Translations under genes and position numbers: made by a program
Part shown: in pieces, positions 40,386 to 50,614 of the stretch
Position numbering within the stretch: the first letter of the stretch is position 1
How the letters are laid out: every line of letters starts with the position of its first letter
Notes under the pieces: model-generated
Seen by the model: the letters and a program-made list of their open reading frames with translations, nothing else
What the model was told of the DNA's origin: nothing
Databases searched by the model: none
Assembly (NCBI GenBank): GCA_965219415.1
Contig: CBDCNP010000002.1
Location: 1,376,001-1,440,000 of the forward strand
Source: Candidatus Marinacidobacterales bacterium
Lineage (GTDB): Bacteria > Acidobacteriota > Vicinamibacteria > Marinacidobacterales > DATDRI01
Length of the DNA: 64,000 nucleotides
Direction of reading: 5' to 3'

Positions 40386-40941
40386 CTAGTTCTCTTGGTT
40401 GGCAGACAGGGCCCGACGCACCGCGTCGAGCCTTCGTTCGAAGTCTTCGTCGGAAAGTGCTGGGACCGCCCCTTCGCTCGCGATCTCTACCGGCAATGAT
40501 AGAAAGCGGCCGCCGCCTTCGAACTTCTCCCGCTCCGAAATGTGGCGCGGACGAGCAAGGCGATAGGCGCGTAAGGCAATCGCCACCAACCCATTCGGGG
40601 CAGCCTCGAGCCTCTGTGCCATCTCGGGCTCGGTGAAGGCATGCTCCCGTGTAATCGCCTTGGCATCAGCCATGGAATAGATCTCGAAGGAGTCCATAAC
40701 CTCCGCGTAAGTTCTTATGTAGACGTGGCCCGCCAAGAACGCCCGGAAGCTCGTGCCGGTAGCTCATTCCAGCCCCGGGTTTCAGGGCGTCCTCCCTTTG
40801 CCCCTCGTAGGCGGGGAAGAGAAAAAGCTCCCGGTCGGCGGGGATGTACTCCTCGAGGAAGGTGATGATTCCGCTACCTTCGTAGAGATAGCGGCTCACG
40901 ATCGACCATTCCTTGAGCGCCAGTCGGTTGGTAGCCCTCAT
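40386..40941 (-). pseudogene. DUF1802-like protein, frameshift near 40740
   Basis: ALKEW, FLFPAYEGQ, LRAYRL, PALSDEDF split across two frames. Confidence 0.65.
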
Positions 40942-40997
40942 GTTGATTCTTTATTGTAGTTGAAAACGCTTCTTCTTTTGGTTAAGAAACTTTAGAT

Positions 40998-41723
40998 ATG
41001 AGCTCCGTCAAAGACAAGATTGCCGTCGTCACCGGCTCGAGCCGCGGCATTGGAAGAGCGATCGCCGAAACTCTGGCCCGGGAGAAGGTGCCCGGGTCGT
41101 TGTCTCGGCCCGGAACGCCGCTGACGTCGAGAGAGCGGTCGGAGAAATGACACGTGCCGATCTCGAAGCTCGGGGCCAGGCGTGCGACGTGCGGAATTAT
41201 CCGGAAGCGGAGTCGCTGATGCGTTTTGCCGTCGAGAGTTGGGGGGGGCTGGACATCCTGGTCAATAACGCCGGCGTCGGTATCTTTGCGCATGTGGCCG
41301 ACCTGCCGGCAGCTCAATGGGATCAGGTCATCGATACCAATCTGACCGGGGTCTTCTATTGCTGTCACGCTGCCATTCCCCATCTGCGCAAGCGGAGCGG
41401 CGGATACATCCTCAATATTAGTAGTCTCGCCGGCAAGAACGCTTTCAACAATGGCGCCGCCTACTAACGCTTCTAAGTTCGGGCTCGAGGGCTTCAGCAA
41501 AGCCTTGATGCTCGACCTACGATACGAGAACATCAAAGTAAGCTACATCATGCCGGGGAGCGTCGCCACTGAGTTCGCGGGGCGAGAGCCCTCCGAGCAA
41601 GACAGCTGGAAGCTCAGCTCCGAAGACGTAGCCCAGGTCGTCATGGATCTCCTCGCTCACGAGAAACGATCCCTTCCCAGCCGCGTGGAGCTCAGGCCTT
41701 TCCAGCCGCCCCGGAAGAAGTGA
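40998..41723 (+). pseudogene. Short-chain dehydrogenase/reductase, two frameshifts (about 41090 and 41465)
   Basis: VVTGSSRGIG, LDILVNNAG, NISSLAG, Y..SKFG and IMPGSVAT distributed over three frames. Confidence 0.85.
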
Positions 41724-43176
41724 GTCGCGAATAGGCGGACATCACCGCACTCCCAACCAGCAGCGCGAGAAGCGGCTCCACTTCCCAACGCATTCGATCG
41801 TTCTCTCCGATCTCGATGAGACTAGAAGTCAAAGTGACCCACAAGATCGTCGTCACGGCGTAAGCAAAAACTGGGCGTTGCGACATTTCGCCCCTGAAGA
41901 CACGATAGAGCCCGAATCCGACCAGCGCCGGAAACACGATCACCCAAAGATTGAGTGGAGGGTCGAGCATTCGGATGGGCCTCTGGATCGGCCCACCTAG
42001 GAATACCGTCCGCGTCAGAACATCTCGCAGAAGATGAACCCGGGAGAAATCGTAGTCGACCAGGAAATCCACGGCGTTCGGCCCGGGCTGGATATAAAGA
42101 AGGAACGCTGTGACGCAGCGCTGCAAATAGCGTCCGGGATAATGAAGAATGAGAAAAACGTCAGCGCGCTGCATCTCTCGGGAAATTGCGGCGTAGTCAC
42201 GATGATTGAAGTTGGGTTGGCCGTTCGTTTTGTAAGGCTCATCGAGCGAAGGGTGGACCGCGTTTTCGGGTGCGAAATAGCCAAGGTGTCGAAGCTCGTC
42301 CGGCTCTCGGAACGGACGCCGGTGCCAAACCGGTGGAAGGTTCCCCTGCCCTCTTAGTGTGGCCATCTCCGCCTGCGAGAGCGGCCACCGCTTCGCCAAG
42401 TTCATCCCCAACCAGGAGCTACCGCTATAGCTCTCGACTTGAATGTAGTTCTTGAGGTACACAAGATTCACAACCAACAGCGGAGCGATCGCCGAAACTA
42501 GGATCGCTTTCCGTTTCTCGCCTTGCAGCAAAAGGGAAACTCCGACCACGATCGCGACGAACCACAACGGGTGGTAGAGCGCGCGGGTGAGCATGAGCAA
42601 GGCCGCGGTCCAGGAAAAAAGATGAACCAGCCACCGTCTCCCAGAGTCGATGTACGCCATCAACCAGGCCGCCATCCCGAGGACGAGCAGGGAGACCGGG
42701 AGGGTGTAGAAAACCCAGTGGCCATAGACCATGAAGTTCGGTGTCCATGCGAACAAGGGGATCATGGCCGCGATTACTAGGTCTGAGATGCCCAAGCGTC
42801 TCATCAGCCAGACCATGGTGACGAGCAGACCAAGCGACATCGCCATGTAGATGACGGCGAACGCCTCGGTCGTCGCTTCGGGAAACAACTTGATAACGAC
42901 GCCGAGAAAAAGATTGAAGAGCGGCGGCTGCGCGTGGAGGTAGTACAACCCACGCAAGAGATCCTCACGGAGGATCTGCGGATCGAGATATTGGTACAAG
43001 AATTCGATCCCGTTGGCGGCAAAACGGATCCCCAGCAGTCTGGCGATGAACAGGCTAACGAAGAAAGCGGCGCCGGCCCACCAATAGGGCCAGGACTTTT
43101 GTTTCGGCGCAGCGTCTAGCATCGAGGCGGCATACGAGGATAACATAGCCAGTGCGCCGCAGCCTTCCGCGCGCAC
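41692..43176 (-). CDS. Polytopic membrane protein, probable GT-C-like glycosyltransferase
   Basis: About 11 TM segments; QYLDP, YYLHAQPPLFN, GENDRMR motifs; start codon uncertain. Confidence 0.6.
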   Translation of the reverse strand: MRAEGCGALAMLSSYAASMLDAAPKQKSWPYWWAGAAFFVSLFIARLLGIRFAANGIEFLYQYLDPQILREDLLRGLYYLHAQPPLFNLFLGVVIKLFPEATTEAFAVIYMAMSLGLLVTMVWLMRRLGISDLVIAAMIPLFAWTPNFMVYGHWVFYTLPVSLLVLGMAAWLMAYIDSGRRWLVHLFSWTAALLMLTRALYHPLWFVAIVVGVSLLLQGEKRKAILVSAIAPLLVVNLVYLKNYIQVESYSGSSWLGMNLAKRWPLSQAEMATLRGQGNLPPVWHRRPFREPDELRHLGYFAPENAVHPSLDEPYKTNGQPNFNHRDYAAISREMQRADVFLILHYPGRYLQRCVTAFLLYIQPGPNAVDFLVDYDFSRVHLLRDVLTRTVFLGGPIQRPIRMLDPPLNLWVIVFPALVGFGLYRVFRGEMSQRPVFAYAVTTILWVTLTSSLIEIGENDRMRWEVEPLLALLVGSAVMSAYSRLTSSGAAGKA

Positions 43177-43199
43177 TGACTAGCCCTTCACGACCGCCC

Positions 43200-43445
43200 C
43201 GGCCCGGAGGAATTGGGTAAGCGTAATAAGCGCCCAAGGGAACCGGGCCGTGGTTTTAGGGCCGGGCTCAGCCTTGAGCCGGTGCGCAGTCGCGAAGTCG
43301 ACGGAGCATCAAGTGTTGGGGGTGGGGCCCCAACGCAGTTATGGAAGACCGAGGGAACGCGTGGGAGTCGCCTGTCGGCCGCCAAATTACGTGGTTGCTA
43401 TGACCGAAGCTAGCCAGGCGGCGGTGGGGCCCCGCGCGCACTAAG
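43200..43445. repeat. Intergenic cluster of hairpins/REP-like palindromes
   Basis: CGGCCCGG...CCGGGCCG stem (43200-43250), GGCTCA/TGAGCC stem, two copies of GGTGGGGCCCC (about 43321 and 43423). Confidence 0.6.
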
Positions 43446-43447
43446 TT

Positions 43448-44482
43448 ATGACGATAAGAGCTATACGCTTCCACAAACACGGCGGTCCCGAGGTCTTACA
43501 ACTCGACGAGATCGATCCGCCCCAACCCGGTGCCGGAGAAGTCACGGTCGACGTCAAGGCCTGCGCCTTGAACCGGCTCGATATTTGGAATCGGGGAGGG
43601 CTACGAGTGAAGGTGCCGCTCCCTCACATCTTGGGCTCGGACGTCTCCGGCATCGTCGCCGAAGCGGGAGACGGTGACTCCGAGGAGTGGATTGGTCGGG
43701 AAGTAGTGTTGCATCCCGGGCTCTCCTGCCGCGACCGTTGCCTACGGTGCCTCCAAGGCCGAGACAACGAGTGCAGAGAATACAACGTCCTAGGCTATCA
43801 GGTGGATGGAGGCTATACGGAGCGTCTCCGGATCCCGGCCGGGAACCTTCTCCCCAAACCGAAGAATCTCACCTTCGAAGAGGCGGCTTCCGTGCCTTTG
43901 GTCTTTTTGACGGCCTGGCACATGTTGGTAGCGCGTGCCCAACTACGTCCCGGGGAGAGTGTTCTCGTCTTGGCGGCGGGGAGCGGTGTGGGGATCGCCG
44001 CGGTGCAGGTCGCGAAGCTTTGGGGGGCACGCGTCATTGCTACCGCGTCCACCGACGCCAAGTTCGAAAAGGCGCGCGAGCTCGGCGCCGACGAGGTCGT
44101 CAACTATCAAGAAAAGGATTTCGCAGAGGAAGTTCGACGACTGACCGACAAACAGGGAGTGGATGTGGTCATCGAGCACGTGGGCCGGGACACGTTCGAG
44201 AAAAGCTTGCACAGCCTCGCGCGCGGTGGGCGACTCGTGACCTGCGGTGCCACAGCAGGCCCCAACGTAGAAATAGATCTCCGTTACATCTTCGCCCGCC
44301 ACCTCTCGATCATGGGGTCTTACATGGGCGGCAAGCCGGAGCTGGCGGAGCTACTTCCCTTCTTCGACGACGGGCGGCTGAGACCGGTGGTGGATCGGAT
44401 CTTTCCGCTCGAGGAAGCGGCCAACGCGCACAGGCACATGGAGAGCCGGGCCCAGTTCGGCAAGATTGTGCTTCGAATTTGA
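43448..44482 (+). CDS. Zinc-binding MDR dehydrogenase / quinone oxidoreductase
   Basis: PHILGSD, structural-Zn cysteines SCRDRCLRC...C, AAGSGVG, FGKIVL. Confidence 0.9.
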   Translation: MTIRAIRFHKHGGPEVLQLDEIDPPQPGAGEVTVDVKACALNRLDIWNRGGLRVKVPLPHILGSDVSGIVAEAGDGDSEEWIGREVVLHPGLSCRDRCLRCLQGRDNECREYNVLGYQVDGGYTERLRIPAGNLLPKPKNLTFEEAASVPLVFLTAWHMLVARAQLRPGESVLVLAAGSGVGIAAVQVAKLWGARVIATASTDAKFEKARELGADEVVNYQEKDFAEEVRRLTDKQGVDVVIEHVGRDTFEKSLHSLARGGRLVTCGATAGPNVEIDLRYIFARHLSIMGSYMGGKPELAELLPFFDDGRLRPVVDRIFPLEEAANAHRHMESRAQFGKIVLRI

Positions 44483-44497
44483 CAGGTTTAGTAGGGG

Positions 44498-45347
44498 ATG
44501 CCCATCGTTCACCTCTTCTCCGAGGGCATCGACGACACCCGCCGCGGTACTTTGATCTACCGCGGCGATTTCTTGATTTTCAAGAACCTGGGTTCGTTGC
44601 AACAACTCTGCGAACGGTCCCGGCAACTCGCTCGTGAATTTTTCAGGGAACTGGCTCCGGAATCAGCACAATTCGAGATGGATCCAGAGACTTATTCCAA
44701 GACCGTGGCCTCGCTCCAAGAGACGTGGAAAGGAGATGCCGGTGTCAAAGAGTTGTTGTTCGCGTCCCTTGCCGAAGCCGGCGTCGACCGGGAGAGGAAC
44801 TTTCGTGACTGGCTCTATCTTCGTGTTCTCCCCGAGGGCCCTCAGGGCCCTGATGGCCCTAACGGAAACGACCCGAAGAGGCGGCACCTCGAGAAGATTG
44901 CACCACACCGCGACACCTGGGCATCCAATCTCATGCAGCAAACCCAACTGGTGGACTCCCATCTATCCCGTGACCGATGAACGCACGATCGCATTCTTCC
45001 CGGAATATTGGTCGAGACCCATCGATAACACCAGTGCAAGCTGGGAGGCAGATGGCGACGCGCCACTACCCCTCGCCAGGACGGCCATCGACCCCAAGTC
45101 GGAGCTGAGGTTGGTCATCGATCCCGGCGACCTCTTGTGTTTTTCCGGTGCGCATCTTCATGCGAGCGTTCCCAATACATCAGGGGCGACACGGTTCAGC
45201 ACCGAGATTCGCACGGTTAACGTCGATGACGTCCGCGCGTCGCTAGGCGCACCGAACGTGGATGGGGCGAACGTACCGTCCAAGACCAACTGGTTCAAAC
45301 GTCTCTCCGATGGCAAATCCCTAACCGCGGCCCTCCAAGGAAACTAA
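44498..45347 (+). pseudogene. Putative Fe(II)/2OG-dioxygenase-like protein, frameshift near 44940
   Basis: PHRDTW (HxD), NWWTPIYP, PGDLLCFSGAHLHAS, TRFSTEIR across two frames. Confidence 0.55.
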
Positions 45348-46951
45348 TGGCGACTGAAAAGCTCCCAGAGCCCCCGGTCTCGTCGAGACTCGACGCCGGC
45401 AATCCCCTGCCGGTCCGCCAGCGGACGGCGGTCACCATCGGTATCATCATGGGGCTGTTTCTCGCCGCCATCGAGCAGACCGTGGTCGCCACCGCCATGC
45501 CCACCGTCGTTTCGAGTTTGGGTGGTTTGGACATCTATAGCTGGGTCTTCTCGATTTACCTTCTCACCTTCACGGTGACCGTGCCGATCTGGGGGAAACT
45601 CTCGGACGTGCATGGCCGACGAAACACCTATCTCTTCAGTATCGGATTGTTCATCTTGGGCTCCGCACTTTGCGGGCAAGCTCGCTCGATGACGTTTCTC
45701 ATCTTCGCCCGGGCAGTTCAGGGCTTGGGGGGCGGAGGGGTCTTCCCGATCGGATTCACCGTCATCGGCGAGATCTATTCGCTGCAACAGCGTGCGAAGA
45801 TGCAAGGGCTCTTCAGCGCCGTTTGGGGGGTGGCGAGTATCGCTGGCCCGCTGGCGGGTGGACTGATCACCGACCTAATGTCGTGGCGCTGGGTTTTTTA
45901 TCTGAACATACCGTTCGGAATCGCCGCGGCGGGGCTCATCAGCACCAACCTGACCGAGCCGCCTCACCTCCGTTCCAGCCATTCTATCGATTACCGAGGA
46001 GTGGGCCTGCTCTCCGCGTCTGTGACTGCACTACTGCTGGCGCTCATACAGGCGGGAAAGCGCGGCTCCATCTTCGAGACCGACCTGCTGGTACTCTTCG
46101 CGGCCTCGGTCGGATTGTTCTTTGTCTTCTTGAGGTGCGAGCGGCAAGCAAAAGAACCGGTGGTGCCGATTTCCTTGTTTCGGAACAAGGTATTTCGCGT
46201 CAGCTCCTGGGTCGGACTTCTCGCCGGCATGGGGATCTTCGGGTCCATCTCGTTCATTCCTCTGTTCGTGCAAGGAGTCATGTTCGGTTCGGCAACCCGC
46301 GCCGGCTCGGCTCTGTCCCCTCTCATGCTCGGCTGGGTCATCATGTCCACCATTGCCGGCCCCGCCATCCTTCGACTCGGCTACCGGCCCCTCATCATCG
46401 CCGGCATGGGTTCTTTCGCCGCCGGTTTTCTTTGGCTGACTCAGCTCGGAACCGACAGCGCCTACGCGGAGCTCTTGCCGTCGATGGCGGTGCTTGGAGT
46501 CGGCATGGGGCTCTCGATGGTAACGATGATGCTCGCCGTCCAGAACACCGTTCCACGAGGCCTTCTCGGGATCGCCACATCGGCCCAACTATTCTTCCGC
46601 ACCATCGGTGGTGCGATCGGTGTGGCCATCATGGGATCGATGATGAGTTATCGGATGAACGCCAACCTCGATGGGACGAGCGACCCCACATTGGTCGACC
46701 TCGCGGCTCATCCGGACTCCATCGTCAACGAAGCGACCCGGCAGGCGTTATCTCCGGAAGCGACTCTGTGGCTGCGTGGTGCGCTAAGCGACTCGTTGCA
46801 AGGAGTCTTCGTCATCGGCGTCGTGATTGCCTCCCTCGCGTTCTTCATCTCCCTCGCCTTTCCTCGTGGCTCACCGCAAGAGCTCGCCGATCGGCAGGAG
46901 AGCCTGGAGAGATATAATGAGGGCCCACCTGAGGAGCCGGGCAAGAACTGA
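45347..46951 (+). CDS. MFS drug:H+ antiporter (DHA2, 14 TM)
   Basis: EQTVVATAMP, WGKLSDVHGRR, RAVQGLGGG, WRWVFYLNIPFG. Confidence 0.92.
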   Translation: MATEKLPEPPVSSRLDAGNPLPVRQRTAVTIGIIMGLFLAAIEQTVVATAMPTVVSSLGGLDIYSWVFSIYLLTFTVTVPIWGKLSDVHGRRNTYLFSIGLFILGSALCGQARSMTFLIFARAVQGLGGGGVFPIGFTVIGEIYSLQQRAKMQGLFSAVWGVASIAGPLAGGLITDLMSWRWVFYLNIPFGIAAAGLISTNLTEPPHLRSSHSIDYRGVGLLSASVTALLLALIQAGKRGSIFETDLLVLFAASVGLFFVFLRCERQAKEPVVPISLFRNKVFRVSSWVGLLAGMGIFGSISFIPLFVQGVMFGSATRAGSALSPLMLGWVIMSTIAGPAILRLGYRPLIIAGMGSFAAGFLWLTQLGTDSAYAELLPSMAVLGVGMGLSMVTMMLAVQNTVPRGLLGIATSAQLFFRTIGGAIGVAIMGSMMSYRMNANLDGTSDPTLVDLAAHPDSIVNEATRQALSPEATLWLRGALSDSLQGVFVIGVVIASLAFFISLAFPRGSPQELADRQESLERYNEGPPEEPGKN

Positions 46952-46980
46952 CATACCTGACATAGAAGAGGAGCAGGGGC

Positions 46981-47850
46981 ATGATTGTCACCGTTGTGGG
47001 TACGGGAACGATGGGAAGCGGCATTGCCTACGCCTCCGCGGTTGCCGGCCTCGACACCGTCATCAATGACATCTCGACCGAATTCCTCGATCGGGCGCTA
47101 CGCACCATCGACCGCTTCTTGGACGCCGGTGTAGAGCGGGGCAAGATCCAAGCCGAAGACAAGAAGACCGTCATAGGGCGGCTCAGGTTGGAGCAAGACT
47201 TGACCGTGGCGGTAGAGGGCGCGGGGTTGGTGATCGAGGCGGTCCCGGAAGACATCGCACTCAAGTGCAAGATCTTCGGTCGACTCGACAAGAGCACCGC
47301 ATCCGAAACCGTCCTGGCGACTAATAGCTCCTCCCTCAGCATTACCGAGATCGCCGCCGCGACCAACGATCCCTCTCGCGTCGTGGGGATGCACTTCTTC
47401 AACCCGGTACCGAAAATGAAGCTCGTGGAAATCGTCCGAGGCCTCGAGACGGGAGAGAAGGCCTTCAAGGTCGTCGAGGACGTCGCCCACAAGATGGGCA
47501 AGGAAACGGTCGACATCCGTGAGTCACCGGGTTTTGTGACCAGCCGGGTCAACGCACTCATCGGCAACGAAGCGTTCTATATGTTGGAGGAGGGGGTGGC
47601 GAGTGCGGAGGACATCGACAAGGCACTCAAGCTCGGGCTCAATCATCCGATGGGCCCATTCGAGATGGTGGACCTGGTCGGCCTCGACGTCCGGCTGGGC
47701 GTGCTGAGCTACCTCCACGAACGACTGGGAGAGAAGTATCGCCCCGCCCCTCTTTTGGTTCAGTACGTCAAGGCCGGTCGGCTCGGCCGCAAGGTTGGGA
47801 AAGGCGTCTACGAGTACCGAGACGCCAAGCCTACCCAGCCACAGCGCTGA
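46981..47850 (+). CDS. 3-hydroxyacyl(butyryl)-CoA dehydrogenase
   Basis: GTGTMGSGIA, IEAVPE, TNSSSL, GMHFFNP, HPMGP, GRLGRK. Confidence 0.93.
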   Translation: MIVTVVGTGTMGSGIAYASAVAGLDTVINDISTEFLDRALRTIDRFLDAGVERGKIQAEDKKTVIGRLRLEQDLTVAVEGAGLVIEAVPEDIALKCKIFGRLDKSTASETVLATNSSSLSITEIAAATNDPSRVVGMHFFNPVPKMKLVEIVRGLETGEKAFKVVEDVAHKMGKETVDIRESPGFVTSRVNALIGNEAFYMLEEGVASAEDIDKALKLGLNHPMGPFEMVDLVGLDVRLGVLSYLHERLGEKYRPAPLLVQYVKAGRLGRKVGKGVYEYRDAKPTQPQR

Positions 47851-47858
47851 AGTGTCTC

Positions 47859-49715
47859 ATGCGTATCGTTCGGCTTGGCCCGTGGCTGGCAGGGACCTCG
47901 ATCCTAGTTATTCTTCACGGCGCGTGCGATCCTGATCACAGTACAAGCTCGCCCCGGTTCTTTGCCGCCGAGCTACCGAACCTAGATGTAACATTCACTC
48001 GGGCTCAACTCGGAGAGCTGAGGTCGGACCCCAACACAGCGGCCTCAGTAACGCTTGGAGATGAGACGCGACGCGCATTCGCGACGACGCTGCCTTCCCA
48101 GCTCGGCTTCGCGGTCAACGTTCCCGCCGAGCCCGACATGCAGGTGACCGTCGCAGTCGGAACTCTCGACAACGAGCACTGGTCTCCCGTTCAATTCCGG
48201 ATCCTCGCCGATACCGGCTCCGAACCCGAAGTCGTTTTTTCAGAGACCGTCAACCGGCCGGAGCGGAACCGTTGGCTGGATCGAGATGTCGACCTCAGCC
48301 GGTGGGTGGGGCAGAGCCTCAACCTCAAGTTCCAGACCCGGGTTCGCTCCGCGGGCTCCACAGAGGCAATGACCGACACCCTCGTTCCACTCTGGGGCAA
48401 CCCGATCTTGAGCGGCGTCGGTTGTTGCGAAAAAAGACCCAACGTCATCTTGATCTCCATCGATTGCCTTCGCGCCGATCATGTGGATGCCTACGGCTAC
48501 CATCGTGACACGACTCCTCGCATTGACGCTTTCGCCAAGGACGCGGTGTTGTTCGAGACCGCGGTGTCGACGGCTCCGATGACACTTCCCTCTCACTTAT
48601 CGATGTTCACCGGCCTGTTCCCCTCTCTTCATGACGGCAGCAAGTGGGCGAAGCTCGCACCGTCCATTCCTTACGCCCCACGGATGCTGTCGAAGGTCGG
48701 TTATCAAACCGACGCGGTGGTAACCGGTGCCTATCTTTCACAAACGTACGGTTTTGAGAGAGGATTCGATCGCTATCGATTGGATCACCGTGCTCCCGCC
48801 GAGAAGACCGCGGAACAGGCCATCGAGCTACTGCGTCGCGGTGCGGAACGGAACCAATTTCTCTTCGTGCACTTCATAGATGCCCACTGGCCTTATGAAC
48901 CGCCCGAGGAACTCATCGAACGCTTCGGCGACCGGCCGGCCGATCTCGCCGGCTTACTGCGCAAAGTCGTCGACAACCACCCACCGAGCGATGCGGAGGA
49001 AACGGAACGGGTTTCGGCTCTCTACGACGCCGAGATCGCGTTCGCCGACAAGGCCGTGGGGCGGCTATTGGATGAGTTGAAAGCAACGGGGGCCTACGAT
49101 CGTTCCCTCATCATCTTGACCGCGGATCACGATGAGGCTTTCTTCGACCACGGACATTGGCAACACAGCAAAACGCTTTACGAAGAACTGATCCGTATTC
49201 CTCTGATTGTGAAGTGGCCGGGACAATCACCCACGGGCCGAGTGAGGGCGCAAGTCAGCCAAGTCGACATCTTCCCCACTGTTTTGGCCGCAGCCGGGGT
49301 CGAGCCTCCTCCCACCGATGGTATCGACCTCATCGAGTTCGTCAACGAGACGAAAGCGTCCCGAGAAAGGCGACGGCTCGTCAGCGAGAACGCCTGGAGA
49401 GGCCCATCCGAGTGGTCGAGAAAAGTGTCGATCCGTACCGAGAAGTTGAAATATCTCGTCACCATAGCTGGCCCTCCGGGAAGAGAGCCAGCGGAAAGCG
49501 ACCTTCGAAGCGAGGAGCTCTACGACTTGGCCGAGGATCCGAGGGAGCGAACCAACCTCGCGCCGGGCTCGAGCTCGGACATCGAGGCCTTTCGCCGTGA
49601 GCTGGCTAACTACCTCGGCGAAGCCCGAAAAAGGCGCGCCAGTCGCCGGACCGAGGACATCGTTGAGGACCACACGACTCGGGAGCGGCTCAGAAGCCTG
49701 GGCTACATTAATTAG
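47859..49715 (+). CDS. Sulfatase-fold lipoprotein with N-terminal beta-sandwich, paralog 1
   Basis: Lipobox-like HGAC, WLDRDVDLSRW...WGNP, IDCLRADH, MTLPSH, DHDE, LRSLGYIN. Confidence 0.85.
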   Translation: MRIVRLGPWLAGTSILVILHGACDPDHSTSSPRFFAAELPNLDVTFTRAQLGELRSDPNTAASVTLGDETRRAFATTLPSQLGFAVNVPAEPDMQVTVAVGTLDNEHWSPVQFRILADTGSEPEVVFSETVNRPERNRWLDRDVDLSRWVGQSLNLKFQTRVRSAGSTEAMTDTLVPLWGNPILSGVGCCEKRPNVILISIDCLRADHVDAYGYHRDTTPRIDAFAKDAVLFETAVSTAPMTLPSHLSMFTGLFPSLHDGSKWAKLAPSIPYAPRMLSKVGYQTDAVVTGAYLSQTYGFERGFDRYRLDHRAPAEKTAEQAIELLRRGAERNQFLFVHFIDAHWPYEPPEELIERFGDRPADLAGLLRKVVDNHPPSDAEETERVSALYDAEIAFADKAVGRLLDELKATGAYDRSLIILTADHDEAFFDHGHWQHSKTLYEELIRIPLIVKWPGQSPTGRVRAQVSQVDIFPTVLAAAGVEPPPTDGIDLIEFVNETKASRERRRLVSENAWRGPSEWSRKVSIRTEKLKYLVTIAGPPGREPAESDLRSEELYDLAEDPRERTNLAPGSSSDIEAFRRELANYLGEARKRRASRRTEDIVEDHTTRERLRSLGYIN

Positions 49716-49752
49716 TTTAGCGACGGCCGGGTATAATGAACCCGGTGTAATT

Positions 49753-50598
49753 ATGACCCCCAAAATGAAGATTCCGGCAAGATCGAGAAACGGACGTGCG
49801 ACCTCCACGCCGGTGACGCGCTTCAGACGACAGGGACGAGAAGACTGCGAAGATCGAATCGCCGTCGAAGAACCTCTCGAGATTCGTCTCGGAGGTAAGA
49901 GCGTGGCGGTGGTGATGCGAAGCCCCGGGGAGGATCACGAGCTGGCGGCCGGCTTCTTGTTCACCGAAGGAATCCTGAAGGGTAAAGACGAAGTGTCTCG
50001 CGTCGGGCACCGCAAGGACCCTAAAAATCCAAAGCTCTGCAATGTCATCAACGTTACGCCCACCGCGGGAGTGGACCTATCGGGGAGGGGCTGGCAGCGG
50101 AACTTCGTCTCGTCATCGAGCTGCGGCCTTTGCGGGAAGCTCACCATCGAATCGGTCCACCTTCACGCGCCCGCGGTGGATGACGATTTCCGCGTCTCTA
50201 CTCAAGTTCTCCTGGGCCTGCCGGACCAGCTCCGTTCGGGCCAGGAAGGCTTCGATGAAACGGGGGGCCTCCACGCCGCCGGACTATTCGACAAGGAAGG
50301 CCGGCTCCTCCTGCTTCGCGAGGACATCGGTCGGCACAATGCGGTGGACAAAATTATCGGAGCGGCGCTCTTGAACGGATCGCTACCGCTTCGCGAGCGC
50401 GTTTTGATGGTGAGCGGCAGGACGAGTTTCGAGATCGTTCAAAAGGCACTCATGGCGCGCATTCCGCTGGTTGCCGCGGTTTCTGCAGCCTCGAGCCTCG
50501 CGGTGGAGCTGGCAGAAAGCTCGGATTTAGGCTTGGTTGGATTTCTGCGTGGAGAGTCCATGAACGTCTACGCCGGCTCCCACCGGATCGTGTCCTGA
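49753..50598 (+). CDS. fdhD: Formate dehydrogenase accessory sulfurtransferase
   Basis: EEPLEI, GFLFTEG, SSCGLCG, TGGLHAAG, REDIGRHNAVDK, SGRTSFE. Confidence 0.95.
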   Translation: MTPKMKIPARSRNGRATSTPVTRFRRQGREDCEDRIAVEEPLEIRLGGKSVAVVMRSPGEDHELAAGFLFTEGILKGKDEVSRVGHRKDPKNPKLCNVINVTPTAGVDLSGRGWQRNFVSSSSCGLCGKLTIESVHLHAPAVDDDFRVSTQVLLGLPDQLRSGQEGFDETGGLHAAGLFDKEGRLLLLREDIGRHNAVDKIIGAALLNGSLPLRERVLMVSGRTSFEIVQKALMARIPLVAAVSAASSLAVELAESSDLGLVGFLRGESMNVYAGSHRIVS

Positions 50599-50614
50599 TT
50601 CACCCGCGCCACGA

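Noticed and set aside
43180-43446. RNase P RNA, SRP RNA, tmRNA or tRNA
   Set aside because: It lacks GAGGAAAGUCC, the SRP CAGG-GNRA-AGCAG loop and tRNA-like ends on either strand. Kept only as an unassigned structured region.
28329-46917. Long shadow ORFs (e.g. 28329-29282, 32729-33745, 35877-37103, 43687-44637, 45670-46917)
   Set aside because: They are antisense or off-frame to well-supported genes, Arg/Pro/Gly-rich and lack motifs, as expected in high-GC DNA.
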